Assembly: GCF_009914755.1 (NCBI RefSeq)
Contig: NC_060931.1
Source: the human T2T-CHM13v2.0 reference genome, Homo sapiens
Strand: one strand, 5' to 3'
Length of the DNA: 64,000 nt
The notes beneath the pieces were generated by a model that was not told the DNA's origin, made no database searches, and saw nothing but the letters and a program-made list of their open reading frames with translations. A program made the position numbers and the translations under genes. This document shows positions 53,736-64,000 of this stretch, piece after piece; positions within the stretch are counted from its first letter, which is position 1; each line of letters opens with the position of its first letter.

Positions 53736-54088
53736 AGTTGGACACGGCGGCTCACACCTATAATCTCAGCCATTCAGGAGGCTGAGGCAAGAGGATCGCT
53801 TGAGCCCCGGAGTTCGAGGCTGCAATGAGCTGGGATCACACCACTGTACTCCAGCCTGGATGACAGAATGAGACTGTCTATAAAGAAATTTTAAAATTAG
53901 CTGGACGTGGTGGTGAGCACCTGTAGTCCCAGCTCTTCTGGAGTCTGAGGCAGGAGGACGGCTTGAGCCTGGGAGGTTGAGGCTGTGGTCAGCTATGATT
54001 GTGCCACCGCACTCCAGCCTGTTCGATACAGTGAGACCCTGTCTATAAAAGAAAATTTAAAAGCAAATAAAATATAAAAGGTAAAACA
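53736..54088 (+). mobile_element. Atypical AluJ/FRAM dimer of two right-type monomers
   Basis: Both halves contain the right-arm insert; degenerate TSD aaactgaggccc/aaaccgaagccc. Confidence 0.8.
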
Positions 54089-54719
54089 AAACCGAAGCCC
54101 CCCTCCCTTCCTTCTAAACCCTTGTTCTCCCTAAAGCTGCTCTGCCCGGGCCCTGTGGCCAGACCCTAGAACCCCCACGTGGTCCCTCCCCAGACCCCTC
54201 CCACCTTCCTGCTCTGAGACCCTGCTCTGCTCGCCCCGCTACCTGTGTGGAGCCCACAGGGTGGCCACCCCCAGCCCCTCCCGCAGAGCCCACACAGCAT
54301 GGCTGTGCCATCGGCCCATGAGGTTTCCTCCCCCCACCCCCCCACCCACCCACAGGCAGGGGCCTGGCAAGGGCAGCTTCCTGCTAGACCCGGCACCGGT
54401 GGCAGAGCTGATGGTGACAGGAGCTTGTGCACCTCAGCTCCACAGCATGGAACAGGATCCACAGCCCATGGGAGGCTCAGAGTGGGCGCCCAGGGGTGTT
54501 TGTCAAATGAATGAGTGAGCACAGCGAGCCTCCCCAACACCCCGGAAGTCGGCTTTAGTCCCCTTCCTGCCTCTGCTGAGTCTGGACGGCCTCCCATTGC
54601 TGCAGGACCACCCCCAACTTCATGTCCAGGAGGGCCCTGAGGCCACAGAGCCCTGGGTCCCACCCGACACTGCCTCAGAGGGGCCTCTGCTCCCTCCCAT
54701 GCTCCTGCCCTCCTGCCGC

Positions 54720-55190
54720 CTCTCAAGCTCTCTCCATCTTTCACTTCCCCTCCGTCTCTCCCCCTCCATCCGTCTCTCCTCTTCCTCCATCTCTTCCCCT
54801 CCCTCCCTCTCTCCCCATCCCTCTGTCTCTCCCCTCTATCCTTCTGTCTCTGTCTCTCTCTCTTATGCTGTCTCCTCTCTCTGTGTCTTTCCCCTCCGTC
54901 TCTCTCTCTCTGTCTCTCTCTGTTTCTCACTCTTCTGTCTCTCTCTGTCTCTGTCTCTCTCTGTCTCTGTTTGTCTCTCTCTCACCCTCTCTCCCCTCTC
55001 TCCGTCTCTCTCCCCTCCATCTGTCTCTCTCTCTCTCTCTGTCTCTCTCCTGTCTCTCTCTCTCTCTCTCTGTCTCTCTCCTGTCTCTCTCTGTCTCTCT
55101 CTCTCTGTCTCTCTCCTGTCTCTCTCTCTTTCTCTCCTCCTCCCTCTCTTTCCATCTCTTTCCCTCTCTCTCTTGTCTCCTCTCTGTTCC
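54720..55190. repeat. (CT)n/(CTGTCT)n polypyrimidine tract
   Basis: Direct inspection. Confidence 0.95.
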
Positions 55191-55299
55191 CAGCAGGGCG
55201 TGGCTGCCCCAGGAGAGCTGAATGAGGTCTCTGAGCGCTTTGTTCTGCCCTGGGGGAGGGACAGTTGGGCCGGAGGTGCCTTTGCAGCATCACTCAGCA

Positions 55300-55960
55300 G
55301 CCAGGGGACTAATTAAGAGCTTGAGTTACCCTAGCGAGGCTGGAAATGGGACCTGCCTCTGCCCCTCTGCTGCTCCCCCAGGGGGCTGCTGAATCCCTTC
55401 CCCGCTGGGCTGCTGGGCCCCTGCCCCCCTCACCCCCCAGCAAACAAACAAACAAACATTCCGCCCAGTTTCTGATTTTCCCAGACGCGCACTGACGTTT
55501 GAGCGGCCTGGAGGTCTCTGGGGGCAGCGTCCTGCGCAGAGCCCAGCACAGGTGACCGCCCTGAGGCCTCCCGCCCCAAGAGCAGAGCACGGGGTCACAC
55601 CCTTCCCCACCCGGCCCCACTCCCTTGTAATTTGGGAGTGACGTCACCCCCTCCTCAGCCACGTTTGAGGAAAAGTCCCCATTCACAGGAAGGCGAGATT
55701 TGTGGTGATCCTGAAATAGCCCCAAAGAGCCGCCTGCCACCCCCGTCAACCCCCGTCATGCCCAGAAACCACACCAGGCCAAGGACAGAGGGCAACGGCT
55801 CCGGGGCCTTTGAAGCCCACGGGAGACTTGAAGAAACGTCCGGAAGACCAGGCTCTGCTGTGGGCCAGCCCCCGGAGCCATGTGTGAGAATCGCTCGGGG
55901 AAGGAGCGTGTGAAGCAGAGGGGAGGGGAGGGAGGGACGCAGCCCTGCGCACTCTGAAAC
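55300..55960. promoter_or_regulatory. Candidate cis-regulatory module
   Basis: Palindromic CRE GTGACGTCAC at 55638-55647; half-CRE near 55493; kB-like ggaaaagtcccc at 55669-55680; (CAAA)n FOX-like run at 55440-55458; CACCC boxes. Confidence 0.4.
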
Positions 55961-57104
55961 CCGGCTTCTGGCCTCCGACGGGGGAGAGTGCATTCCTGTG
56001 GCTCCCGGCCCCACGCCCCAGGGAGGGAGGGACCATCCTCACTCTTGGCAGCCAGGACCCCGAATGCAGAGCTTCCAGGACTTGTCCCAGGCCACGCAGC
56101 CACCCCGAGGCAGCCGGGACGCAGAGCCTGGCCCCAGCCCCAGCTCCGCGGTGCACAGTATGGCCTCAGACAGCGGCCTCACGCCTCTGCACCTCAGTGT
56201 TTGCACCTGTAAAACGGGACTGGTCCTCAGCCTCCACCTCGAAGGGTTGTGTGGGGTTGCATGGAATTCGCCAAGGGAGCGAAGAGTCTGCGGAGATCAC
56301 CGCTAATATCCCCAGGGCCTGAGCCAGGAGGGTCCACACCCTGAGGCCACTCAGGCCCCATCAAGGGTCAGCAAGAGGGAGGAAGCCTGGCAGCTCCGTC
56401 CACCCCCTCGGTCCTTCCTTGCTGAGCCGGCCCTCCCTGGGTCCCAGAAAGACGACGGGGGTGTCAGAGGTCCCTCCTGCAGGCCGGCCCAGGGCCCCAG
56501 CGAGCTGGGGGTTGGAGGGGAATTCCCATCCGCAGGGAGGCACCGGGGCTTCAGGAAATGCCTGGGCAGAGGGAACAGGGCAGGCCAGGCGGGGGTCCGT
56601 GCTCTCACCCCTCTCCAGGTGTGCTTCTGGCTGTGGCTTGGAAACATGAGGACCTGAAGAGGGGCTGGGGCCCAGGTGGGCACCATTGCGTAGAGAAGCT
56701 GCGTTTGAGGCACGCAGGGGAAGCCCCAGCCCCCTGAAGAGGAGGAGCCTCCACGGCCAGCACAGGCCGTGGTCCCTGGAGACACTGTGGGAGCCGGTGC
56801 CTCAGGCCTGGACAAGTGCCATGGGTTGGGGGGGGCGCCCGCACCAGCCATGCTCTCCTGGCAGGATGGGGTGGCTCAGGCATCCCCATGCTCTGGGTAG
56901 AAGGTCTTCCTGCCACACTGAGGCCGGCCAGCACCCTCTGCCCCTGCGCCGTGTCCACCATTGTCTGGCTGGAGCCCTGGGGAAAGGCCCCAGAGGCCTG
57001 GACTGTCCAGACCCACAGGCACAAAGCGAACTCAGGAGCAGCCCAAACCCGGAAGGAACCTGCTTTCATTCCAGCAGACACGGGCTCCGTGTGTCACGTT
57101 CAAT

Positions 57105-57315
57105 GATAACACCTGATTGTTGATCACTGTGTCTAATGCCAGACATCGTTCTAAGGGTTTGTATCTATGAACACACTCACAGGGACCTTGAAAGAGGTTC
57201 TGTGATCTCCCCATTTCACAGATAAGAGAAATCGAGGACAGGGAGATGTACGCAGCGTCCCCAAGGTCGTGCAGCTGGTAAGGAAAGGCCCGGAATCCAA
57301 CCCCGGGCAGCCCGC
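57105..57315 (-). mobile_element. MIR
   Basis: ccccatttcacagataagagaaatcgagg...ccccaaggtcgtgcagctggtaag. Confidence 0.75.
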
Positions 57316-58344
57316 GCCTTCCGCCCACGTTAGGCTCCCCCACTGTTAAAATTGCACGTTTTTATTGTATGGTTTGGTCTGTTTTCATTTTGAGTTGGTT
57401 ATGGAAGGCGAGGGCCTGGGGGCGGGTGGGCTAGGCACATACTCCAGGGGCCTCTGAGGTCCTGACCCAGCAGCAGGACCAGGAACCACGTCGATTCTCC
57501 AGCATCTTCCCATGGATGGGCACTCCCGGCCGGCATTGCTGTTCCCTGGAGTCAAATGATGCTTGTCCTGCATCTCCAGGCCCCACAGGTGGACGGGCCC
57601 TCCTGGGCAGCATTGCTCTTCCCTGGAGTAAAACGATGCTTGTCTTGCATCTACACGCCCCGGAGGCAAGGGCTCCTCAGGCTCTTGTGGGGAGGAAGAG
57701 GAGAATGCCACCCCCTCAGCACCCCCACCCAGCACAGGAACGCCCACCACCCTCGTGGTCCTGACGCCACTGTCCTGAGCTGCTGTGACAGGTCTGGGGA
57801 GACCCCTGGATCCTCCAGCCCTCCCCCCCCGGGTGGCGAGGGGTCTCTTGCCCACAACAGCTGAGTAAACAAGCCCAGGTTGGGCAAGAGACTCCCCAAG
57901 TGGGTGGCAGAGCCTGGTTCTGACTCTATGCAGACTCCAAGTCAGAATTCTCTCCAGGGGTCCACACGGCCACCTGAGGAAGGGGTAACAATTCCTGCAC
58001 CTGACTGGGCTTTGGGCCTGCGGAGCCGATGAAGTGGGAGCTCACCAGCTGGGGTGGCCAGACCCCCACCTACATGCACGGGTCCCTCTACAGCCCTTCT
58101 TGTCACAGCTGCAGGCAGGCCTCAGTTTCCCTGTCTGTAAGAGGGAGGCGGACGTCCTGGGCAGGGTGTCCATTCCCAGGGGCTGCCCTGGGACACAGCA
58201 GCACCAGGCATCTCCCCCTGGACAGCACCCGCAGCACCCACAAAAATCTGCCGGGGGCCACCGAGCCGGGGCCGCACAGCCAGAGCAAGGAGGCCTTCCT
58301 GGTGGAGGGGGCTCGTCACCTGGCCCTCAGTGAGGTGTGGGTCT

Positions 58345-58608
58345 GCCGGCGTCTATCCTGAGTCCGTCCGAGCGCCAGCGTCTATCCAGAGTCCATCCGA
58401 GCGCCGGCGTCTGTCCGGAGTCCTTCGAGCGCCCGCGTCTGTCCGGAGTCCGTCCGAGCGCCCGCGTCTGTCCTGAGTCGGTCCGAGCGCCCGCGTCTGT
58501 CCTGAGTCCGTCCGAGCGCCGGCGTCTGTCCTGAGTCCGTCCGAGCGCTGGCGTCTGTCCTGACTGCATCGGAGCGCCGGCGTCTGTCCTGAGTCCGTCC
58601 GAGCACCG
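58345..58608. repeat. 29-bp CpG-rich minisatellite, about 9 copies
   Basis: Unit gagtccgtccgagcgccggcgtctgtcct. Confidence 0.95.
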
Positions 58609-59493
58609 AGGTTACAGCCCCTGTGCTGGGGCAGAACAGCATGTCCGTTGGGCTGCAGATGGGACGGTGCCCTGGGGACCCAGGAGGGGTGGACGCCTCC
58701 ACCAGGGCCTTCTCCACTGGCCCAGCCTGGGCAAGACGCGGGCCCAGGTCAGCATCCACCCTGTCCCCCGTGTGTCCTCGGGGGCCCAGTCAGCCAAGCT
58801 CTGCCTCTCCTGACCTCCACCGGCCCATGCAGGCCTCGCCCGGACAGGTGGGAAGCTCAGAAGTCAGGAGCAGTCTGAGCCCAGAGTCAGGTTCCCGCCC
58901 TGGAGCATCGCTGGGGCCCATCTCCACGTGGATACAACGGGGCAGCATCCACCTGAACCCGAGGCCATGGGCAGCTTCACAACACAGAGTTCCCACAGTG
59001 CCTGGCCCTTCCCTCCTCCCTGTGCCAGGCCTGGGCTGGACGCAGGATGTGGGGACGGCTGTGTCCGTGTCCCCGGGGAGCACAGGGGCCACTGTGAGTA
59101 TCACATGCAGTCGCTACTCCCCGCTGAGCCTCCGTTTCCCCACCTCTGAGTGGGGCTCCCTCTGCCCCCCGCCCCCACGCTCACACGTGCACAGACGGGC
59201 TGGGGTCTGAGGGTGACCTTGCTTCCCCGTGGGCTCCCCCGGAAGGGGCCTTTTCCCTGGGCTGCCCGCCCGCCCGGCCGCCCACATGCCCACCAGGCAG
59301 CCGTAGGGACACTTCCTGGCCACCCGCCAGCTCCCCGACTCGCCTATGGTGATTGCTGGCGCCCGGCCAGCCGCTGTCACTGGCCCCGGGGGCCCCTCAG
59401 CATTCTTGGCTTTTGTTTCCGATGACGCTGGGTCCACTGGGAAGGGAGAGACCAGACCAGGAGGGGGTTCAGGGAGAGCCAGCGATGCGACGG

Positions 59494-60872
59494 CAGGACC
59501 CCCAGGCCTCCCACCCCAACGCCGGGACCCCCAGGCCTCCCACCCCAATGCCAGGACCCCAGATCTCCCACCCCAGACCTCCCACTCCAACACTGGGACC
59601 CCTGGGCCTCCCACCCCAATGCCGGGACCCCCAGATCTCCCACTCCGGACCTCCCACCCCAACGCCAGGACCCCCAGGCCTCCCACCCCAATGCCGGGAC
59701 CCCAGATCTCCCACCCCAATGCCAGGACCCCAGATCTCCCACCCCAGACCTCCCACTCCAACACTGGGACCCCTGGGCCTCCCACCCCAATGCCGGGACC
59801 CCCAGATCTCCCACTCCGGACCTCCCACTCCAACGCTGGGACCCCCGGGCCTCCCACCCCAACGCCAGGACCCCCAGGCCTCCCACCCCAATGCCGGGAC
59901 CCCCAGATCTCCCACTCCGGACCTCCCACTCCAACACTGGGACCCCCAGGCCTCCCACCCCAACGCCGGGACCCCCAGATCTCCCACCCCGGACCTCCCA
60001 CCCCAACGCTGGGACCCCCAGGCCTCCCACCCCAACGCCAGGACCCCCAGATCTCCCACCCTGGACCTCCTACTCCAACGCTGGGACCCCCAGGCCTCCC
60101 ACCCCAACGCCAGGACCCCCGGGCCTCCCACCCCAATGCCAGGACCCCCAGGCCTCCCACCCCAATGCCAGGACCCCCGGGCCTCCCACCCCAATGCCAG
60201 GACCCCCAGGCCTCCCACCCCAATGCCGGGACCCCAGATCTCCCACCCCAGACCTCCCACTCCAACACTGGGACCCCTGGGCCTCCCACCCCAACGCCGG
60301 GACCCCCAGGTCTCCCACCCCGGACCTCCCACTCCAACGCTGGGACCCCCAGGTCTCCCACCCCGGACCTCCCACTCCAACGCTGGGACCCCCAGGCCTC
60401 CCACCCCAACGCCGGGACCCCCAGGTCTCCCACCCCGGACCTCCCACTCCAACGCTGGGACCCCCAGGCCTCCCACCCCAACGCCGGGACCCCCAGATCT
60501 CCCCTCCAGACCTCCCACTCCAACACTGGGACCCCTGGGCCTCCCACCCCAATGCCGGGACCCCCAGATCTCCCCTCCAGACCTCCCACCCCAACGCCGG
60601 GACCCCTAGATCTCCCACCCTGGACCTCCCACTCCAATGCTGGGACCCCCGGGCCTCCCACCCCAATGCCAGGACCCCCAGATCTCCCCTCCAGACCTCC
60701 CACCCCAACGCCGGGACCCCTAGATCTCCCACCCTGGACCTCCCACTCCAATGCTGGGACCCCCGGGCCTCCCACCCCAATGCCAGGACCCCCGGGCCTC
60801 CCACCCCAATGCCGGGACCCCCAGATCTCCCACCCCAGACCTCCCACTCCAACGCTGGGACCCCCCAGGCCT
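59494..60872. repeat. C-rich compound minisatellite, 29-bp and about 43-bp units, about 1.4 kb
   Basis: Unit A caggacccccaggcctcccaccccaacgc; unit B adds a 14-bp internal duplication (ggacctcccactcc). Confidence 0.95.
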
Positions 60873-61407
60873 CTGGGGCCCACAGAGGAGGGGTGGCAGT
60901 GAGGGTGGGGGGCTGTGTTGATGTGCGACTTCCAGTGTGGGATGGGAGTCGTCTCCCTGAAGAGGAAGAGGGAGCACAAGGGGCCTTGGGTGCTGCTGGC
61001 GCTCCCGAGCTGAAGGCGGGCAGAATGGACTCAGCACCAGGCCTCGGGTGAGGGGCTGGGGACAGCAGTGAGGCCTTGTCCTCCCGCAGACTCCCAGGGG
61101 TGTGAGGGTGAGGTCGAGAGGGCCACAGGTCAGGGTCTGACCCTGCCCCATGGGGACATCGCTGCCTGTACGGCCCTCCCCTAGGCCCCACTGTCCACGG
61201 GGGCCCCTCTGGGTTAAGAGCAGCGACAACTGTTCCTATTCATACCGCCTGGCCTCAGGTCCACGGCTGCGGCCACAGAGCCCATCCAGGAATTCTGCTG
61301 CTCTCAGTTTACATTTAAAATAAATGTTTCCTTAACTCGCATCTCATGGCCGGCGGTGAACGGCAGGAATTGTGAGCGCACATCCCGCCCTCCCTGCTGG
61401 ACACTAA

Positions 61408-61697
61408 GGATGGGGGTCCCCTGGACCGAGCCTGGACAGTAGGGATGGGGGTCCCCTGGGCCAAGCCCAGACAGTGGGGGCAGGGGTCCCCTGGGCTGAG
61501 CCCGGACAGTAGAGGCGGGGCTCCTGTGAGCCGAGCATGGGGGTCCCCTGGGCCGAGCCTGGACAGTGGGGACGGAGGTCCCGTGGGCCGAGCCTGGACA
61601 GTGGGGATGGGGCTTCCCTGGGTTGAGCCTGGACAGTAGGGACGGGGCTCCCGTGGGCTGAGCCTGGACAGTAGGGATGGGACTCCCATGGGCCTAG
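61408..61697. repeat. 35-bp minisatellite, about 8 copies
   Basis: Unit ggatgggggtcccctggaccgagcctggacagtag. Confidence 0.9.
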
Positions 61698-62147
61698 CTG
61701 TCCCCAGACACTGGAGACCTGGCTATCAAGAGGAGAGCCTGTGTGTGTGAGTGGCCACCCCCATCCACCATGACCCGGAGGCTTCCTGTGGGCTTGCTGT
61801 GCTGTGCCTCGGTTTCTCACCTGGCCAGGCACCCCGCCCCCAGACGCTGCACCCAGGGTTCCAACCAGGGCATCACCTGGTGTGGCCCAGGCCTGGCAGG
61901 GAGCAGAGGCTAGCTCAGCTGTGGTGGGGGAGTTTACAGAAGAGACTTGACGCTGCCTGGGCAGCTCGGGGAGCACCCAGGAGTGACAAGCCCAGGGCCC
62001 TGCAGCAGCAGGAAGCCATGACCTTAGTAAGAGCATCCTAGGAGAAGCATCCTGGAGACACAGGGCTACTGTGGGAAACCCAGGTGCAGAGAGAGCAGAG
62101 GAAGAAATACCCTCACCTCTCTTCCTCCCGCCTTCCAGTCTCTGACT

Positions 62148-63160
62148 CAGTGCTGCCATTAGCTAGTCTCAACAGGATCAGTGCTTCTCATTGGCCAGCC
62201 TCAACAGGATCAGTGCATCCCACTGGCCAGCCCCAACAGGATCAGTGCATCCCACTGGCCAGCCCCAACAGGATCAGTGCATCCCACTGGCCAGCCTCAA
62301 CAGGATCAGTGCATCCCAATGTCCAGCCTCAACAGGATCAGTGATTCCCATTGGCCAGCCTCAACAGGATCAATGCATCCCACTGGCCAGCCTCAACAGG
62401 ATCAGTGCATCCCACTGGCCAGCCCCAACAGGATCAGTGCATCCCACTGGCCAGCCCCAACAGGATCAGTGCATCCCACTGGCCAGCCTCAACAGGATCA
62501 GTGCATCCCAATGTCCAGCCTCAACAGGATCAGTGATTCCCATTGGCCAGCCTTAACAGGATCAATGCATCCCACTGGCCAGCCTTAACAGGATCAATGC
62601 ATCCCATTGACCGACCTCAACAGGATCAGTGTCTCCCACTGGCCAGCCTCAACAGAATCAGTGCATCCCATTGGCCAGCCTCAACAGGATCAGTGCATCC
62701 CACTGGCCAGCCTCAACAGGATCAGTGATTCCCATTGGCCAGCCTCAACAGGATCAGTGCATCCCACTAGCCAGCCTCAACAGGATTAGTGCATCCCATT
62801 AGCCAGCCTCAACAGGATCAGTGCATTCCACTGGCCAGCCTTAACAGGATCAATGCATCCCATTGGCTGACCTCAACAGGATCAGTGCAGCTATTGGCCA
62901 GCCTCAATATGATCAGTGCATCCCATTGACCGACCTCAACAGGATCAGTGTCTCCCACTGGCCTGCCTCAACAGAATCAGTGCATCCCATTGGCCAGCCT
63001 CAACAGGATCACTGCATCCCACTAGCCAGCCTCAACAGTATCAGTGCATCCCATTGGCCAGCCTCAACAGGACTGGTGCCTCCCATTGGATTAAACAGGA
63101 CTAGTGCCTCTCATTGGCCTCAACAGGATCAGTGCCCCCGCTTTGCTGGCCTCAACAGGA
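62148..63160. repeat. 32-bp minisatellite, about 31 copies
   Basis: Unit cccactggccagcctcaacaggatcagtgcat; degenerate at both ends. Confidence 0.96.
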
Positions 63161-63859
63161 ACCCAGCCCCTGTGCACACCAGCACTGGATAATAGGTCCA
63201 GGATGGCCCAAGGAGAGAAGCTGGCTCACCTGCTGGCTGACAGGTGACCCCGGACCATACTAAGCCTGCCTGTGTGCACCACAATATTCAAGAGAGAGGC
63301 TGCGACCATGCACCCACCCAGAACCCACTGGACCCCTGGGTCCCACCAGCTGCCTCCGGCACTCCTGCCCTAGGTGACTGGAGCTGTTTCCAGGGCTGAA
63401 TTATTCCCAGCTGGCCTCTCCAGCTCTGAGGGTGAACCTGACTCCTCACCACCCCAAGGGAAGCCCTTCTCCCGCAGCTTCCAGGACCAGCAGCTCCCCA
63501 GAAGGCGTTGTCTCCTCTGGCTGTGGGCTCAGCCATGGTGGGGCTGGCAGAAGGAGGCGGGAGGAGTTAGCCTGAGGAAACCGCTGGGCACACTTTCATG
63601 TATGGGCCACTCCAAGGAGCTCACTGTCCTTCCAGGGCTGGAATGCTAATTACCTCCCCTGCGGGGACAGAGGAATCCTGTGAGGGGGGCCACTCCGGCC
63701 TGGAGATCTGCAGCCGCTTGGGCCCTCCCTTCTCTCAGGCCGAGAGCGCCTGTGAGGGGTGGATGGTTACAGCTCGCACGGCCGGGTGCCTGCAGGGCCG
63801 GGCTCTGCACCACCCTCTCCATCTCCAGGTCCTCACATCGCTCTGAGATCGGCCTGTCA

Positions 63860-63960
63860 GGCCCATTTACTACAGAAGGGGAAACCGAGGCTCGGGAGTC
63901 GAAATTCCGAGCTCAGGGCAGCAGAGCCAGGATTTAAACACAGGCTTCCTGACTTCTAGG
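63860..63960 (-). mobile_element. MIR fragment
   Basis: tacagaaggggaaaccgaggctc...gcagagccaggatttaaacacaggc. Confidence 0.65.
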
Positions 63961-64000
63961 CTAGGGTTTCAAGCACCTCCCACTCAAAGGGGAGGGTGAT

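Noticed and set aside
59114-61191. Pro- or Gly-rich ORFs up to 621 aa; possible SVA VNTR
   Set aside because: VNTR read-through; no CCCTCT hexamer head, Alu-like or SINE-R domain, or poly-A/TSD.
62148-63160. Shared caacagga core with the 48-bp array, suggesting common origin
   Set aside because: Only 8 bp match, the rest of the units is unrelated, and the 48-mer is explained by its L1 host.

Overview
Primate genomic DNA, most likely human or great ape (AluY, AluS, AluJ and FRAM elements are present). It is GC-rich and crowded with minisatellites, the profile of a distal/subtelomeric band, but I cannot name the locus. I recognise no protein-coding exon, RNA gene or CRISPR array. The longest ORFs in the track are read-through of stop-free tandem repeats or low-complexity tracts, and the rest look like GC-rich background. 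The window holds old L1 fossils, about a dozen Alu insertions (several nested, inverted or with abnormal monomer structure), LTRs (MER66-like, MLT1, MLT2), hAT fossils (MER3, MER33, MER63), at least 13 minisatellites and several purine/pyrimidine tracts. The main pattern is that at least five minisatellites and two fresh two-copy duplications sit inside transposon fossils, and their units are GC/CpG-shifted copies of the host sequence. Some arrays multiply transcription-factor motifs (TGACGTGG x5, CACGTG x4). Repeat family names come from remembered consensus sequences and need RepeatMasker/Dfam confirmation.
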